25,844 bases of DNA. Source: a virus (taxonomy: Duplodnaviria; Caudoviricetes). The notes under the pieces are model-generated. The model was not told where the DNA came from, ran no database searches, and was given only the letters and a program-made list of their open reading frames with translations. Made by a program: the position numbers and the translations under genes. Below, one piece after another: positions 16,639 to 24,293 of this stretch. Each line of letters begins with the position of its first letter. Positions within the stretch are counted from its first letter, which is position 1. The stretch lies in IMG/VR virus record IMGVR_UViG_3300027863_000160, positions 1 to 25,844 of that record; one strand, given 5' to 3'.

Positions 16639-17387
16639 TATCTCAAAGGATTATTCTTTTGACAAATTCCTTGTGGAAATTTATCTTTCTGGACACAAGA
16701 GATGTATTCTTTTAATCTGGACAGAATAGATGAAATATCAATTGGATTGACTACTATTTCAACTATTTTAGGTTTAATTTGAGGGGCTGACCTGTCAATC
16801 ATGTATTGAACAAATAAGAATAAAATTTTATCTATCTCAATTCCATTTGCCTTTAAGAGATGCTTATAAAGAGAAGTTTGTAAAAGGTAATTCATGGGAA
16901 TTGTGGTTGGTAAAGAAGAAGTTGTTTTAATTTCCAGTAAATATCTTGTGTTATTGATTGTGGCAATCCCGTCGGGATGTCCTCTTAACCAGTATTCAGG
17001 GTCTTTAAACTCTTCATCAATCTTTTCAAGGTGGATTTGTGAGGATAAAAAGATTTTTCTTAAATAATCATGTAAAAATTCACCAACTTTCATCAATAAA
17101 TCATTCCCGAAAGGTATTTTGCGAGTGATAACAATATTGTTCTTTAACCGAATATACTCTTTGAGAGGGCAAAAATTCTCTCGGATATAAGTCACCCTGA
17201 AAAAAGAATTTTGCCCGTTGACAGGTTGAATTTCGTCAATAGAGTAGTATTTATCAAGAACTTCAATTAGTATCTTGCCCGTTGATTGAATTTCAGGTTT
17301 GAAATTTCCATTAGAAGAAATGGCGGTGGGAATCATCTTTGGTGTTTCTATGTTTTTTATTGTTTTTAGTATCTTGTCCCACATCAT
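16599..17387 (-). CDS. Cas4-like/RecB-family PD-(D/E)XK exonuclease with probable Fe-S cluster cysteines
   Basis: FCP...GEFLH...GHPDG...LLEIKT...QTSLY, plus three C-terminal Cys (ICQ, YCE, QCP); SD AAGGAGG. Confidence 0.8.
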   Translation of the reverse strand: MMWDKILKTIKNIETPKMIPTAISSNGNFKPEIQSTGKILIEVLDKYYSIDEIQPVNGQNSFFRVTYIRENFCPLKEYIRLKNNIVITRKIPFGNDLLMKVGEFLHDYLRKIFLSSQIHLEKIDEEFKDPEYWLRGHPDGIATINNTRYLLEIKTTSSLPTTIPMNYLLQTSLYKHLLKANGIEIDKILFLFVQYMIDRSAPQIKPKIVEIVVNPIDISSILSRLKEYISCVQKDKFPQGICQKNNPLRYCEVMEQCPAIKS

Positions 17388-17400
17388 TTAACCTCCTTCT

Positions 17401-17414
17401 GGCACTTATGTGCC
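17401..17414 (-). promoter_or_regulatory. Palindrome GGCAC-ATAA-GTGCC before the SD of the Cas4-like gene (copy 2)
   Basis: Minus strand 17414->17392 reads GGCACATAAGTGCCAGAAGGAGG, identical over 23 nt to plus strand 3711-3733. Confidence 0.7.
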
Positions 17415-17427
17415 TTTTGTTTTTTAT

Positions 17428-17455
17428 ATTATATCTCATTTTTTTCTTCAATCAA
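17428..17455 (-). promoter_or_regulatory. Candidate sigma70-type promoter upstream of the Cas4-like gene
   Basis: Minus strand TTGATT (17455-17450), 16 nt, TATAAT (17433-17428). An overlapping TTGAAG-N17-TATAAA is also present. Confidence 0.45.
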
Positions 17456-17737
17456 GTTTTTGAAGAAATTATAGGGGATGATGACCCATTCTGGGAAGGG
17501 ACTTCCTTCAAAAAGAAGGTGAAAAGCAGGAATTTTCCCTTGAACGATTGCGTCTCGGCTGATTTTTTCAAAGTTTTTGCGGGACAGAGAAATAGTTTTG
17601 CCTGCTGTTTGTTTACAATCCACAATGAATTTATCAGATTTTACATCCCACTTTTCCCAACCCGCCCCCGATAACGGAATTCTTTTGCCTTTTAACTCTT
17701 TCGCTATTCTTTTTTCTTGTTTTTTTACTTGTTTCAT
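17429..17737 (-). CDS. Small PD-(D/E)XK endonuclease (phage Holliday-junction-resolvase-like)
   Basis: QEKRIAKELKGKRIPLSGAGWEKWDV...IVDCKQT pattern. ATG 17737 is preferred because the track's TTG at 17776 coincides with a -35 box. Confidence 0.7.
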   Translation of the reverse strand: MKQVKKQEKRIAKELKGKRIPLSGAGWEKWDVKSDKFIVDCKQTAGKTISLSRKNFEKISRDAIVQGKIPAFHLLFEGSPFPEWVIIPYNFFKNLIEEKNEI

Positions 17738-17747
17738 TGTTGAGATG

Positions 17748-17776
17748 ATTTTATCATAAATAGTATTTTTTGCCAA
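17748..17776 (-). promoter_or_regulatory. Leftward sigma70-type promoter of the DNA-processing cassette
   Basis: Minus strand TTGGCA (17776-17771), 17 nt, TAAAAT (17753-17748) with extended TG; ATG 10 nt downstream without SD. Confidence 0.6.
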
Positions 17777-17798
17777 GAAAAAGAGAAAACTAGGGGAC

Positions 17799-17827
17799 TT
17801 GACAATTAAATAAACTTTGAGTAAAAT
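17799..17827 (+). promoter_or_regulatory. Rightward sigma70-type promoter of the RHH/tail operon
   Basis: TTGACA (17799-17804), 17 nt, TAAAAT (17822-17827); ATG 17836 lies 8 nt downstream. Confidence 0.75.
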
Positions 17828-17835
17828 TTATTCAA

Positions 17836-18012
17836 ATGGTAAATAAAAAAGAAACAGAAATGATACGCATCAACTTTGACTTGAAAAAGATGTGGTATGA
17901 TAAATTGAAAGCGATTGCGGAAACGCAGGGCAGGTCAGTTTCAGATATTCTTCGCCAGTTGATAATCAATTTTGTGCGAGATGAACAAAAAGAAATGAAA
18001 GAGGAGGATTAA
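17836..18012 (+). CDS. Ribbon-helix-helix (CopG/Arc/MetJ-like) DNA-binding protein
   Basis: Manual translation: MVNKKETEMIRINFDLKKMWYDKLKAIAETQGRSVSDILRQLIINFVRDEQKEMKEED (58 aa). Beta-strand IRINFDL, helix, GRSVSDILR turn-helix. Stop abuts ATG 18013. Not in the ORF track. Confidence 0.8.
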   Translation: MVNKKETEMIRINFDLKKMWYDKLKAIAETQGRSVSDILRQLIINFVRDEQKEMKEED

Positions 18013-18807
18013 ATGCCTGACGATATAGAGGAGTTGAAACAGAAGTTAGAGGAAGCAAAACAGGAAGAATTAGAAGAACTTGCGAAGATGACTACTTCAA
18101 AAGGACTTGTTATGCAGGAATTTGAACTTCCGTTAGGGGTATATGACGGGATAAAGTTTTATCCTCGTATAATTTTACGGGAGATGACGGGTGAGGAGGA
18201 AGATATTTTAGTATCCCGTCTTTCTTTTTCTCAAAAAATCAATATGATTTTAGAAAGGACGATAGTAAAGTTTTTGGCAAGGGACAATAATGAGTTAAAG
18301 CCGACGCCTGAAATAATCAGAAGGATGTCGGTGAATGACCGCCTTTCTGCTTTTCTCTTTTTAAGAATAGTGTCGCTGGGAAATGAATTTTCTTTTATTA
18401 CAATTTGTCCTTTCTGCGGGAGTAAATTAAATGTAAATGTTGACCTTTACACACTTGATATAGTCAAAGTTAAGGATGAGGACAAGGCACTTGAATACAA
18501 AGTTCAATTGCCGTCGGGACGGGTTGCTTTATGTCAAGTCCCTCTTGCTTCACTTGAAGACAGGATAAATGTAAAAGATTTGACAAGTGCGATTGCCTTG
18601 CGGGTGATACAACTTGATGGACAACCCGTTACGATTGAAGACTTAAAAAAGTTATCAATGAAAGACCGAGCATTTTTGAGACAACAATTTGAAAAACATG
18701 AGGGAGGTATAGATACAACAATAGAAATAGAGTGTAACAAATGTGGAAACGAGTTCAAGACAGACATAGATTTTGGGCAAAAAAGTTTTTTTTCCCTTTC
18801 AACATAG
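18013..18807 (+). CDS. Tail/baseplate hub assembly chaperone, T4 gp26-like, with two CxxC motifs
   Basis: ELPLG, LREMTGEEEDIL, MSVNDR..FLRIVSLG, CPFC, LPSG, GGIDTTIEIECNKCG; directly upstream of the tape measure gene; SD GAGGAGG. Confidence 0.75.
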   Translation: MPDDIEELKQKLEEAKQEELEELAKMTTSKGLVMQEFELPLGVYDGIKFYPRIILREMTGEEEDILVSRLSFSQKINMILERTIVKFLARDNNELKPTPEIIRRMSVNDRLSAFLFLRIVSLGNEFSFITICPFCGSKLNVNVDLYTLDIVKVKDEDKALEYKVQLPSGRVALCQVPLASLEDRINVKDLTSAIALRVIQLDGQPVTIEDLKKLSMKDRAFLRQQFEKHEGGIDTTIEIECNKCGNEFKTDIDFGQKSFFSLST

Positions 18808-18974
18808 ACAAAGAAACATTAGAGGACGAGGTCTTTTTTCTGATGGAAACGATGGGATTAGGATATGTGGATATAATGAAAATGCCTATCAGTCGTCGTA
18901 AGGCATTTGTAGAGGTTAAATTTGAAAAACTCTGGCGGGAACAAAAAGAACTTGAACGCTTGAGGAGGAAGTAA
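18792..18974 (+). CDS. -1 frame extension of the tail chaperone (GT-like product) or a separate small chaperone
   Basis: Open -1 frame after the T8 run (18786-18793): FPFNIDKETLEDEVFFLMETMGLGYVDIMKMPISRRKAFVEVK...; ends overlapping the tape measure ATG. Confidence 0.6.
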   Translation, partial: FPFNIDKETLEDEVFFLMETMGLGYVDIMKMPISRRKAFVEVKFEKLWREQKELERLRRK

Positions 18975-21250
18975 TGCCAGTCAACTTTTTAGGTTTAAAA
19001 TTCATGTTCTATGGAATTGACAAGGGGTTGAAAGGAGTTTTTGCGGATTTAGATAAATCCTTTTCAAAATTAGGGACTACACTTGCGGGAATAGGTGGAA
19101 AATTTGCCGACTTAAGAGACCGATTAGAAGAAGTTTCTAAACCTTCAAAAGATGTTGCTGAAGATATATTGATTTTTAAACAACAACTTATCGGATTAGG
19201 AGTTGCTCCTGAAATTGCCGATAAAATTGTAGAATCAATGAAAAATGTATCTGGTGAAACTGGAGCTGACATGGAAGACCTTATAGAGTATTTTGATGGC
19301 ACAAGAGATAGTTTAGGTGATTTAACAGATGCTACAAAATTCAATGCTGAAAAATTTGCTGATTGGGAAAAATCTATGAGAATAGCTGCACAAATGTCGC
19401 GAGCGTTAAATGTTAATATGGAAAAAGTTACAAGCACTTTTGGAGAATTGTATAAACAAGGGGCAATCAATGCTGACCAGTTGAAAGAGTTTGCGGGTTA
19501 TTTCATTCATGCTGCTAAAACCGCTAACCTCAGTGGAAAAGATATTGAGGAGGGGTTAACAAGAGCTGCTGAAATCATAATAAAAGTTCGTGATAAAGGA
19601 ATTGATTTGAAGAAAAATTGGTCTTTTGTGAGTAAGTCAATAGTGAATTCAATGGCGGTATTTAGAAAAGTTACTACCAACATGGAAGATGCAAGTGAAT
19701 TGACGGAAGCATTTTCAGAGACACTTTATAATTTTCAAGCCGATATGCGGAGAACTCATGCCATTGGTCAGAAATTAACTGAGGTGATAAACCAGATGGG
19801 AATAGCATTAGGCAAAGAAGGATTGCGTATGTTACAATCTGCTCAAACGACTGACGAATTTATAGAAGGGTTATTAAATGCGATAATAGCTGTTAAACAG
19901 AGTGGGAAGGATACAAAAGCCTTTGAGCGGGTATTGTGGGGGTTAGAAGATGTTTTTGGCGATGTTATTCATGTTATGTGGCAAAATGCTGATGTTTTAC
20001 GAGAAATGATGAAACGAGTAAAAGGAGAGCATAAATCTACTCAAGGACTACAGAAAGTTTATGACGATTATATAAATACTCTATATAAAGCCCCGCCTAT
20101 AATCAAAGAAGTTGCGAAAGCAAAAGACGAACTTTTTGCGATTTCGTGGGACGAGTATAAGTTAAAAGGATTGGCTCCCATGTGGGAATTGTATAACAAA
20201 GCATTAGGCGGGACATACGATATATTAAGTAAATTGTCGGTTGGTCCTCTAAAAGGATTTGTTTCAAGCATGGCGGGAATAATGGTGATGGGAGGTCCTC
20301 TTTTTAGTTTTTTTGGTGGATTGATAAGTAAAATGTTGAGTTTGTATATTCAATTTCGTCTGTTATGTATGATGACAGGAAGGACGGGCGGGATATTGAA
20401 ACTTGTAACAGGGATTTTTGGTAAATTTTTTGGAGTTATTGGTAGAGTATTTAAAGTTTTTCTAAAGATACCAGCATTATTTGGAAAAGTTGGAACTTCA
20501 TTAAGCAATTTTGTTAAGTGGATGGGAAGTGCGGTTGGCATAACAGGGAAATTTAGCGGAGGAATAACAAGATTTTTAAGAATAGGAGTAAAATTTGGTG
20601 GTTGGTTGTCATTTATAATAGGAGCAGTTTATCATGGAGTAGAAATGTTTAAAAGATTTTTTAATATCTGGCAAAGTGGGGCAAGCATAGGTGATAAATT
20701 ACTGGCAACGATGGTTTCAATAGGGCAATGGTTATTAAAAATTGTTGACTTTATGACTTTCGGTTTGGGCGGTAAACTTATGAGATTTTTAGGAAAGAAA
20801 ATCCCTTGGTTTCAGAAGAATATAATTGATACATGGGACGCAGGGGCAAAATTTGCTGATTCCTTTAAGAAAAAGACAGAAGATACTGCAAAATCGGTAG
20901 ATAAATCAACAGAAAGTATAAAAGATTTAAATACCTCATTAGAAGAAACAACGGCGTTATCAGAGGATTTACAGAAATTACCTCCTGCGAAGATGAGGGA
21001 AATAAAAGAAATTTTTGAAGTTTCAATAGAGAAAAGTTTAAGAGATGTTTTGAATAAAATAAATGCGAATATAGAAATGACGAATGAACTTTTAGAGAGG
21101 ATGATAAAGGAAATACAAAAAGTTGGTGAGCGTCCCGCACAGGTAGCTTTAAGTATCAAACCTGACAAAGAAAGGATTATGAAAGTTTTTGAAGCGAAAT
21201 CTAAAAACACAATTTGGCGAACGGGCGGAGTAGAAGCTTTGAGGAAGTAA
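18974..21250 (+). CDS. Tail tape measure protein
   Basis: 758 aa, predominantly helical-looking, with a Gly-rich hydrophobic central/C-terminal segment; between chaperone and baseplate genes; SD GAGGAGG. Confidence 0.8.
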   Translation: MPVNFLGLKFMFYGIDKGLKGVFADLDKSFSKLGTTLAGIGGKFADLRDRLEEVSKPSKDVAEDILIFKQQLIGLGVAPEIADKIVESMKNVSGETGADMEDLIEYFDGTRDSLGDLTDATKFNAEKFADWEKSMRIAAQMSRALNVNMEKVTSTFGELYKQGAINADQLKEFAGYFIHAAKTANLSGKDIEEGLTRAAEIIIKVRDKGIDLKKNWSFVSKSIVNSMAVFRKVTTNMEDASELTEAFSETLYNFQADMRRTHAIGQKLTEVINQMGIALGKEGLRMLQSAQTTDEFIEGLLNAIIAVKQSGKDTKAFERVLWGLEDVFGDVIHVMWQNADVLREMMKRVKGEHKSTQGLQKVYDDYINTLYKAPPIIKEVAKAKDELFAISWDEYKLKGLAPMWELYNKALGGTYDILSKLSVGPLKGFVSSMAGIMVMGGPLFSFFGGLISKMLSLYIQFRLLCMMTGRTGGILKLVTGIFGKFFGVIGRVFKVFLKIPALFGKVGTSLSNFVKWMGSAVGITGKFSGGITRFLRIGVKFGGWLSFIIGAVYHGVEMFKRFFNIWQSGASIGDKLLATMVSIGQWLLKIVDFMTFGLGGKLMRFLGKKIPWFQKNIIDTWDAGAKFADSFKKKTEDTAKSVDKSTESIKDLNTSLEETTALSEDLQKLPPAKMREIKEIFEVSIEKSLRDVLNKINANIEMTNELLERMIKEIQKVGERPAQVALSIKPDKERIMKVFEAKSKNTIWRTGGVEALRK

Positions 21251-21253
21251 ACA

Positions 21254-21547
21254 ATGGAATTAAGACCTAACTCAAGATTAAGATTTATGACATTATATCA
21301 GAGTAAAGAAGGGTTTGTTTTCTGGGGACATCCTGAATACCCGCAAGTGATACCTTCCGATGACGACACAGAAATAGATATTACAACAAATAGAATTGAT
21401 GTTATTAGTCATTCTGTTTACGGAACGCCTTACTTATGGTGGTTTCTCGCTCTTGTGAATGATATTTGGTTACCCCCGCTGGGACTTCACATTGGTAAAA
21501 AACTTTATATTCCCTCCGCAGAAGTAAAAGATAGATTTTTAGGATAA
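21254..21547 (+). CDS. Baseplate wedge LysM-like protein (T4 gp53/P2 gpX-like)
   Basis: RIDVISHSVYGTPYLWWFLALVNDI...GKKLYIP motif. Confidence 0.8.
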   Translation: MELRPNSRLRFMTLYQSKEGFVFWGHPEYPQVIPSDDDTEIDITTNRIDVISHSVYGTPYLWWFLALVNDIWLPPLGLHIGKKLYIPSAEVKDRFLG

Positions 21548-21548
21548 A

Positions 21549-22760
21549 ATGCCATTAAGTTTTTATAACATGGTATTTATACAAGGTGTTGAGCGGAATG
21601 AAATAGAAAATAGTCTTACGGGAGCGACAATTGATTTAGAATTAGGTATGGTCGGTGAATTGACATTAGAATTTTCTGTTCCTTCTATTCAAGAAGGTTA
21701 CGCTCTTTTACAAGAAGGAGGAGGCTATTTAAAAATTTTAAATTCACTTGATTATGAGGTTGGATATATCAAACAAGAAAATAATTTTCTTAAATGTTCA
21801 GGAATGATTACAAATATTTCTTTTAGAGTGGGCGAAGGAATTGATTTTACTATTAACGGATTTATAAGCAGTGGTCAGACATTTATCTCAAAAGTGTATT
21901 CTACAATATTGCAGATGAATAAAACCACAACAGGTGTCAATAAACTTGAAACTTGGCAGGAAGCCGTGCGAGAAATATGTTCAAAACATAATCTTGACCC
22001 CGACTTTAAAGAAATACAAAAATATAATTCTAAAATGATGAATTTACCACCTGTGACTTATGCACAAACAACAAATGATTTCGCTTTTTTAAAAAAGATT
22101 ATTAAAGAGGATTTAGGTTTTGATTTTAAAATTGTAAACGAGGATAATAAAATGAAATTAAAAATAATACCACCGCCGACACCTTCCTATTTAAAGAAAA
22201 AATCGCCCGTGAAAAAGTTTACCCTTTTCAAGAAAGTTGATTTTAAAACCACTTTTCCCATTTTGAGTTTTGAAGTATCGCCCCAGCAATTACTTTTTTT
22301 GCCAGAATTACCAATAAAACAAAAAGATGTAGTAGAAGGGAAAGAAAAACAAACAACTATGGTAGTAAAACAAGAGGAAAAAAAGAGTGAAAAACAACCA
22401 ACAAATCCTCAAACAAATCAACCAATATCGCAACCTCAACCTCCGCAGGGGCAAGGAAGCCCTGCTCTTGTTTCGCTATCAGTGGATACTACTACTTCTG
22501 AAAATTATACTCCCATAGATGCGTATGCGGGAGTTCTTGAAAGAGATATGCCTTTTATACAAATTACATTTACAACAACAGGAATTTTGAATATACAAAC
22601 TGGCAATGTAATAGAAGTAGATTTAGGAAAAAGTGAGTTTACTGACTATTATTCTATTATGCATCTTACTCATGACATCAGTGAAAGTGGGATAGAAACT
22701 ACAATAGAAGCAATAAGATATGAAGGAGAACCTGACTTTAAATGGTATAAACAGGGATGA
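21549..22760 (+). CDS. Baseplate hub protein (P2 gpD/T4 gp27-like)
   Basis: YAQTTNDFAFLKKI; GILNIQTGNVIEV...YYSIMHLTHDISESGIETTIEA; located between the X-like and spike genes. Confidence 0.7.
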   Translation: MPLSFYNMVFIQGVERNEIENSLTGATIDLELGMVGELTLEFSVPSIQEGYALLQEGGGYLKILNSLDYEVGYIKQENNFLKCSGMITNISFRVGEGIDFTINGFISSGQTFISKVYSTILQMNKTTTGVNKLETWQEAVREICSKHNLDPDFKEIQKYNSKMMNLPPVTYAQTTNDFAFLKKIIKEDLGFDFKIVNEDNKMKLKIIPPPTPSYLKKKSPVKKFTLFKKVDFKTTFPILSFEVSPQQLLFLPELPIKQKDVVEGKEKQTTMVVKQEEKKSEKQPTNPQTNQPISQPQPPQGQGSPALVSLSVDTTTSENYTPIDAYAGVLERDMPFIQITFTTTGILNIQTGNVIEVDLGKSEFTDYYSIMHLTHDISESGIETTIEAIRYEGEPDFKWYKQG

Positions 22761-23347
22761 AAGTTTTACAGTCGTTAATTGATATTTTAAGGTATCGGGG
22801 ACTTGAATATTTAGGACGCTTCTATGGGGTTTATAGAGGGAAGGTGGTTGATAACAATGACCCTTTAAAAATGGGACGGATAAAGGTAATAGTGGATATT
22901 ATTAGTCCTAAACCGCTTGAGGCATGGGCAATTCCAATTGGTTTCTGGGCAGGACGAGGTCATGGGGAATTCTATGTTCCTGAAAAAGATGAAATTGTGT
23001 ATGTGATGTTTGAAAGGGGCGACCCTTGTTATCCTCTTTATATCGGCGGGCATTACTTCAAAGAGAATATACCAGAAGACATGAAATCAAATTATCCAAA
23101 GGTGCGGGGAATAGTTACAAAAAAAGGAAATAAAATTATTATCAACGATGAAACGGGCGAAATCACTATTCATGCCAATTCAACCATCTACCTGATTGAA
23201 GATGCGGATGAACCTCTTGTTTTAGGGAACAAATGGAAAAATCTATTTATGCAACATAAACACCCGACAGGTGTGGGTCCAAGCGGACCTCCTGACAATG
23301 CCCCTCAAGCTGAACAATGTTTATCACAAAAGGTGAAGACGAAATGA
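22757..23347 (+). CDS. Baseplate central spike (gp5/gpV/VgrG OB-fold)
   Basis: RFYGVYRGKVVDNNDPLKMGRIKV, WAIP, VPEKDEIVYVMFERGDPCYPLYIG; C-terminal HKHPTGVGPSGPP (HxH apex as in P2 gpV). Confidence 0.9.
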   Translation: MKVLQSLIDILRYRGLEYLGRFYGVYRGKVVDNNDPLKMGRIKVIVDIISPKPLEAWAIPIGFWAGRGHGEFYVPEKDEIVYVMFERGDPCYPLYIGGHYFKENIPEDMKSNYPKVRGIVTKKGNKIIINDETGEITIHANSTIYLIEDADEPLVLGNKWKNLFMQHKHPTGVGPSGPPDNAPQAEQCLSQKVKTK

Positions 23348-23856
23348 GTTTAGACAAAGATACTTTAAAAAACGGATTATTAGAGGCTTTACAATCGTAT
23401 CCTGTCACTGCGTATGAAGGAGCTGTGAAAATAGCGAATGCGTATTACACTTATAGTTTGAGTGCGACAGACCCGCAGGGCGGGACGCCTTCAAATTTAG
23501 ACACTAAACTTCCCACTCTTATTTCAGATTTAAATGCCATTTTTTCTGTGCTTTCTCTTGAAATAGGCGACAAAGTTTCACAATTGGTGACAGCATTTTC
23601 AAATTACTGGACAGGAGTGATTTTTGTTGTATCTGCCCCGCCGACAGGTCAATCAGTAGTATCAAGATTAGATGGAATAGGCAATTTAACATCGGATTTA
23701 TACACAATTTTGACAGATTTAGATGTTAACAAGACATTTGAGGATAAAGCCGATGAACTGGCAACTGCTCTTGATAACTTTACAAAAAAGGTGTGGGTGT
23801 CGGGAACATTGAATACAACTCCTAACCCGACGCCTTATGAGGGATATATCTCATGA
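23344..23856 (+). CDS. Hypothetical baseplate-region protein
   Basis: ATG 23344 overlaps the spike stop (ATGA) with AAGGTG upstream; between spike and gp25. Confidence 0.65.
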   Translation: MSLDKDTLKNGLLEALQSYPVTAYEGAVKIANAYYTYSLSATDPQGGTPSNLDTKLPTLISDLNAIFSVLSLEIGDKVSQLVTAFSNYWTGVIFVVSAPPTGQSVVSRLDGIGNLTSDLYTILTDLDVNKTFEDKADELATALDNFTKKVWVSGTLNTTPNPTPYEGYIS

Positions 23857-23872
23857 AGATTTTTTAAAAAAC

Positions 23873-23888
23873 TGGCACACGAGTGCCA
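23873..23888 (+). promoter_or_regulatory. Palindrome TGGCAC-ACGA-GTGCCA upstream of gp25 (copy 3)
   Basis: Same arms with a different 4-nt centre; intergenic; 13 nt before the SD GGGAGG. Confidence 0.65.
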
Positions 23889-23912
23889 AAAAAATTAAAA
23901 TGGGAGGTAGTG

Positions 23913-24293
23913 ATGCCTATTCAGAAAAAAATAGATAGAGGCATTGCTTTTCCTTTTGGTGAGGGTCCAGAGGGAATATCTCAAAGTGCGACGGGTATAG
24001 AATTGAAAAAGATGAGTATTATGCAGATACTTATGACGGCAATTTTTGAAAGAATTATGCGACCTGATTATGGTAGTAGAATTCATGAACTTGTTTTTGA
24101 GCATGATAAAAATTATATGGAAGGTATTATAAAGGAGATGATACCGAAAGAAATTAAGGCGGTTGACCCTTCCGTTGAAGTGGTGAATATTACGCTGGAA
24201 TACCCTTATGAAAATCAGGTTGATGTTTTAATTGATTTTGAGTATAAAGGAATTGTGGAAAGTGTAAAAGTTAGTGTGGAGAAAGGCAAATGA
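23913..24293 (+). CDS. Baseplate wedge protein gp25/GPW-like
   Basis: GIAFPF...SIMQILMTAIFERIMRPDYGSRIHELVFE; SD GGGAGG before ATG 23913 (track start 23883 falls inside the palindrome). Confidence 0.88.
   Translation: MPIQKKIDRGIAFPFGEGPEGISQSATGIELKKMSIMQILMTAIFERIMRPDYGSRIHELVFEHDKNYMEGIIKEMIPKEIKAVDPSVEVVNITLEYPYENQVDVLIDFEYKGIVESVKVSVEKGK

Noticed and set aside
16599-17387. CRISPR-Cas system
   Set aside because: Solo Cas4-like nuclease only; no cas1/cas2 and no repeat-spacer array seen in the window.
17738-17776. TTG start at 17776 for the small nuclease
   Set aside because: No SD, and the sequence matches a -35/extended -10 promoter; ATG 17737 fits better.
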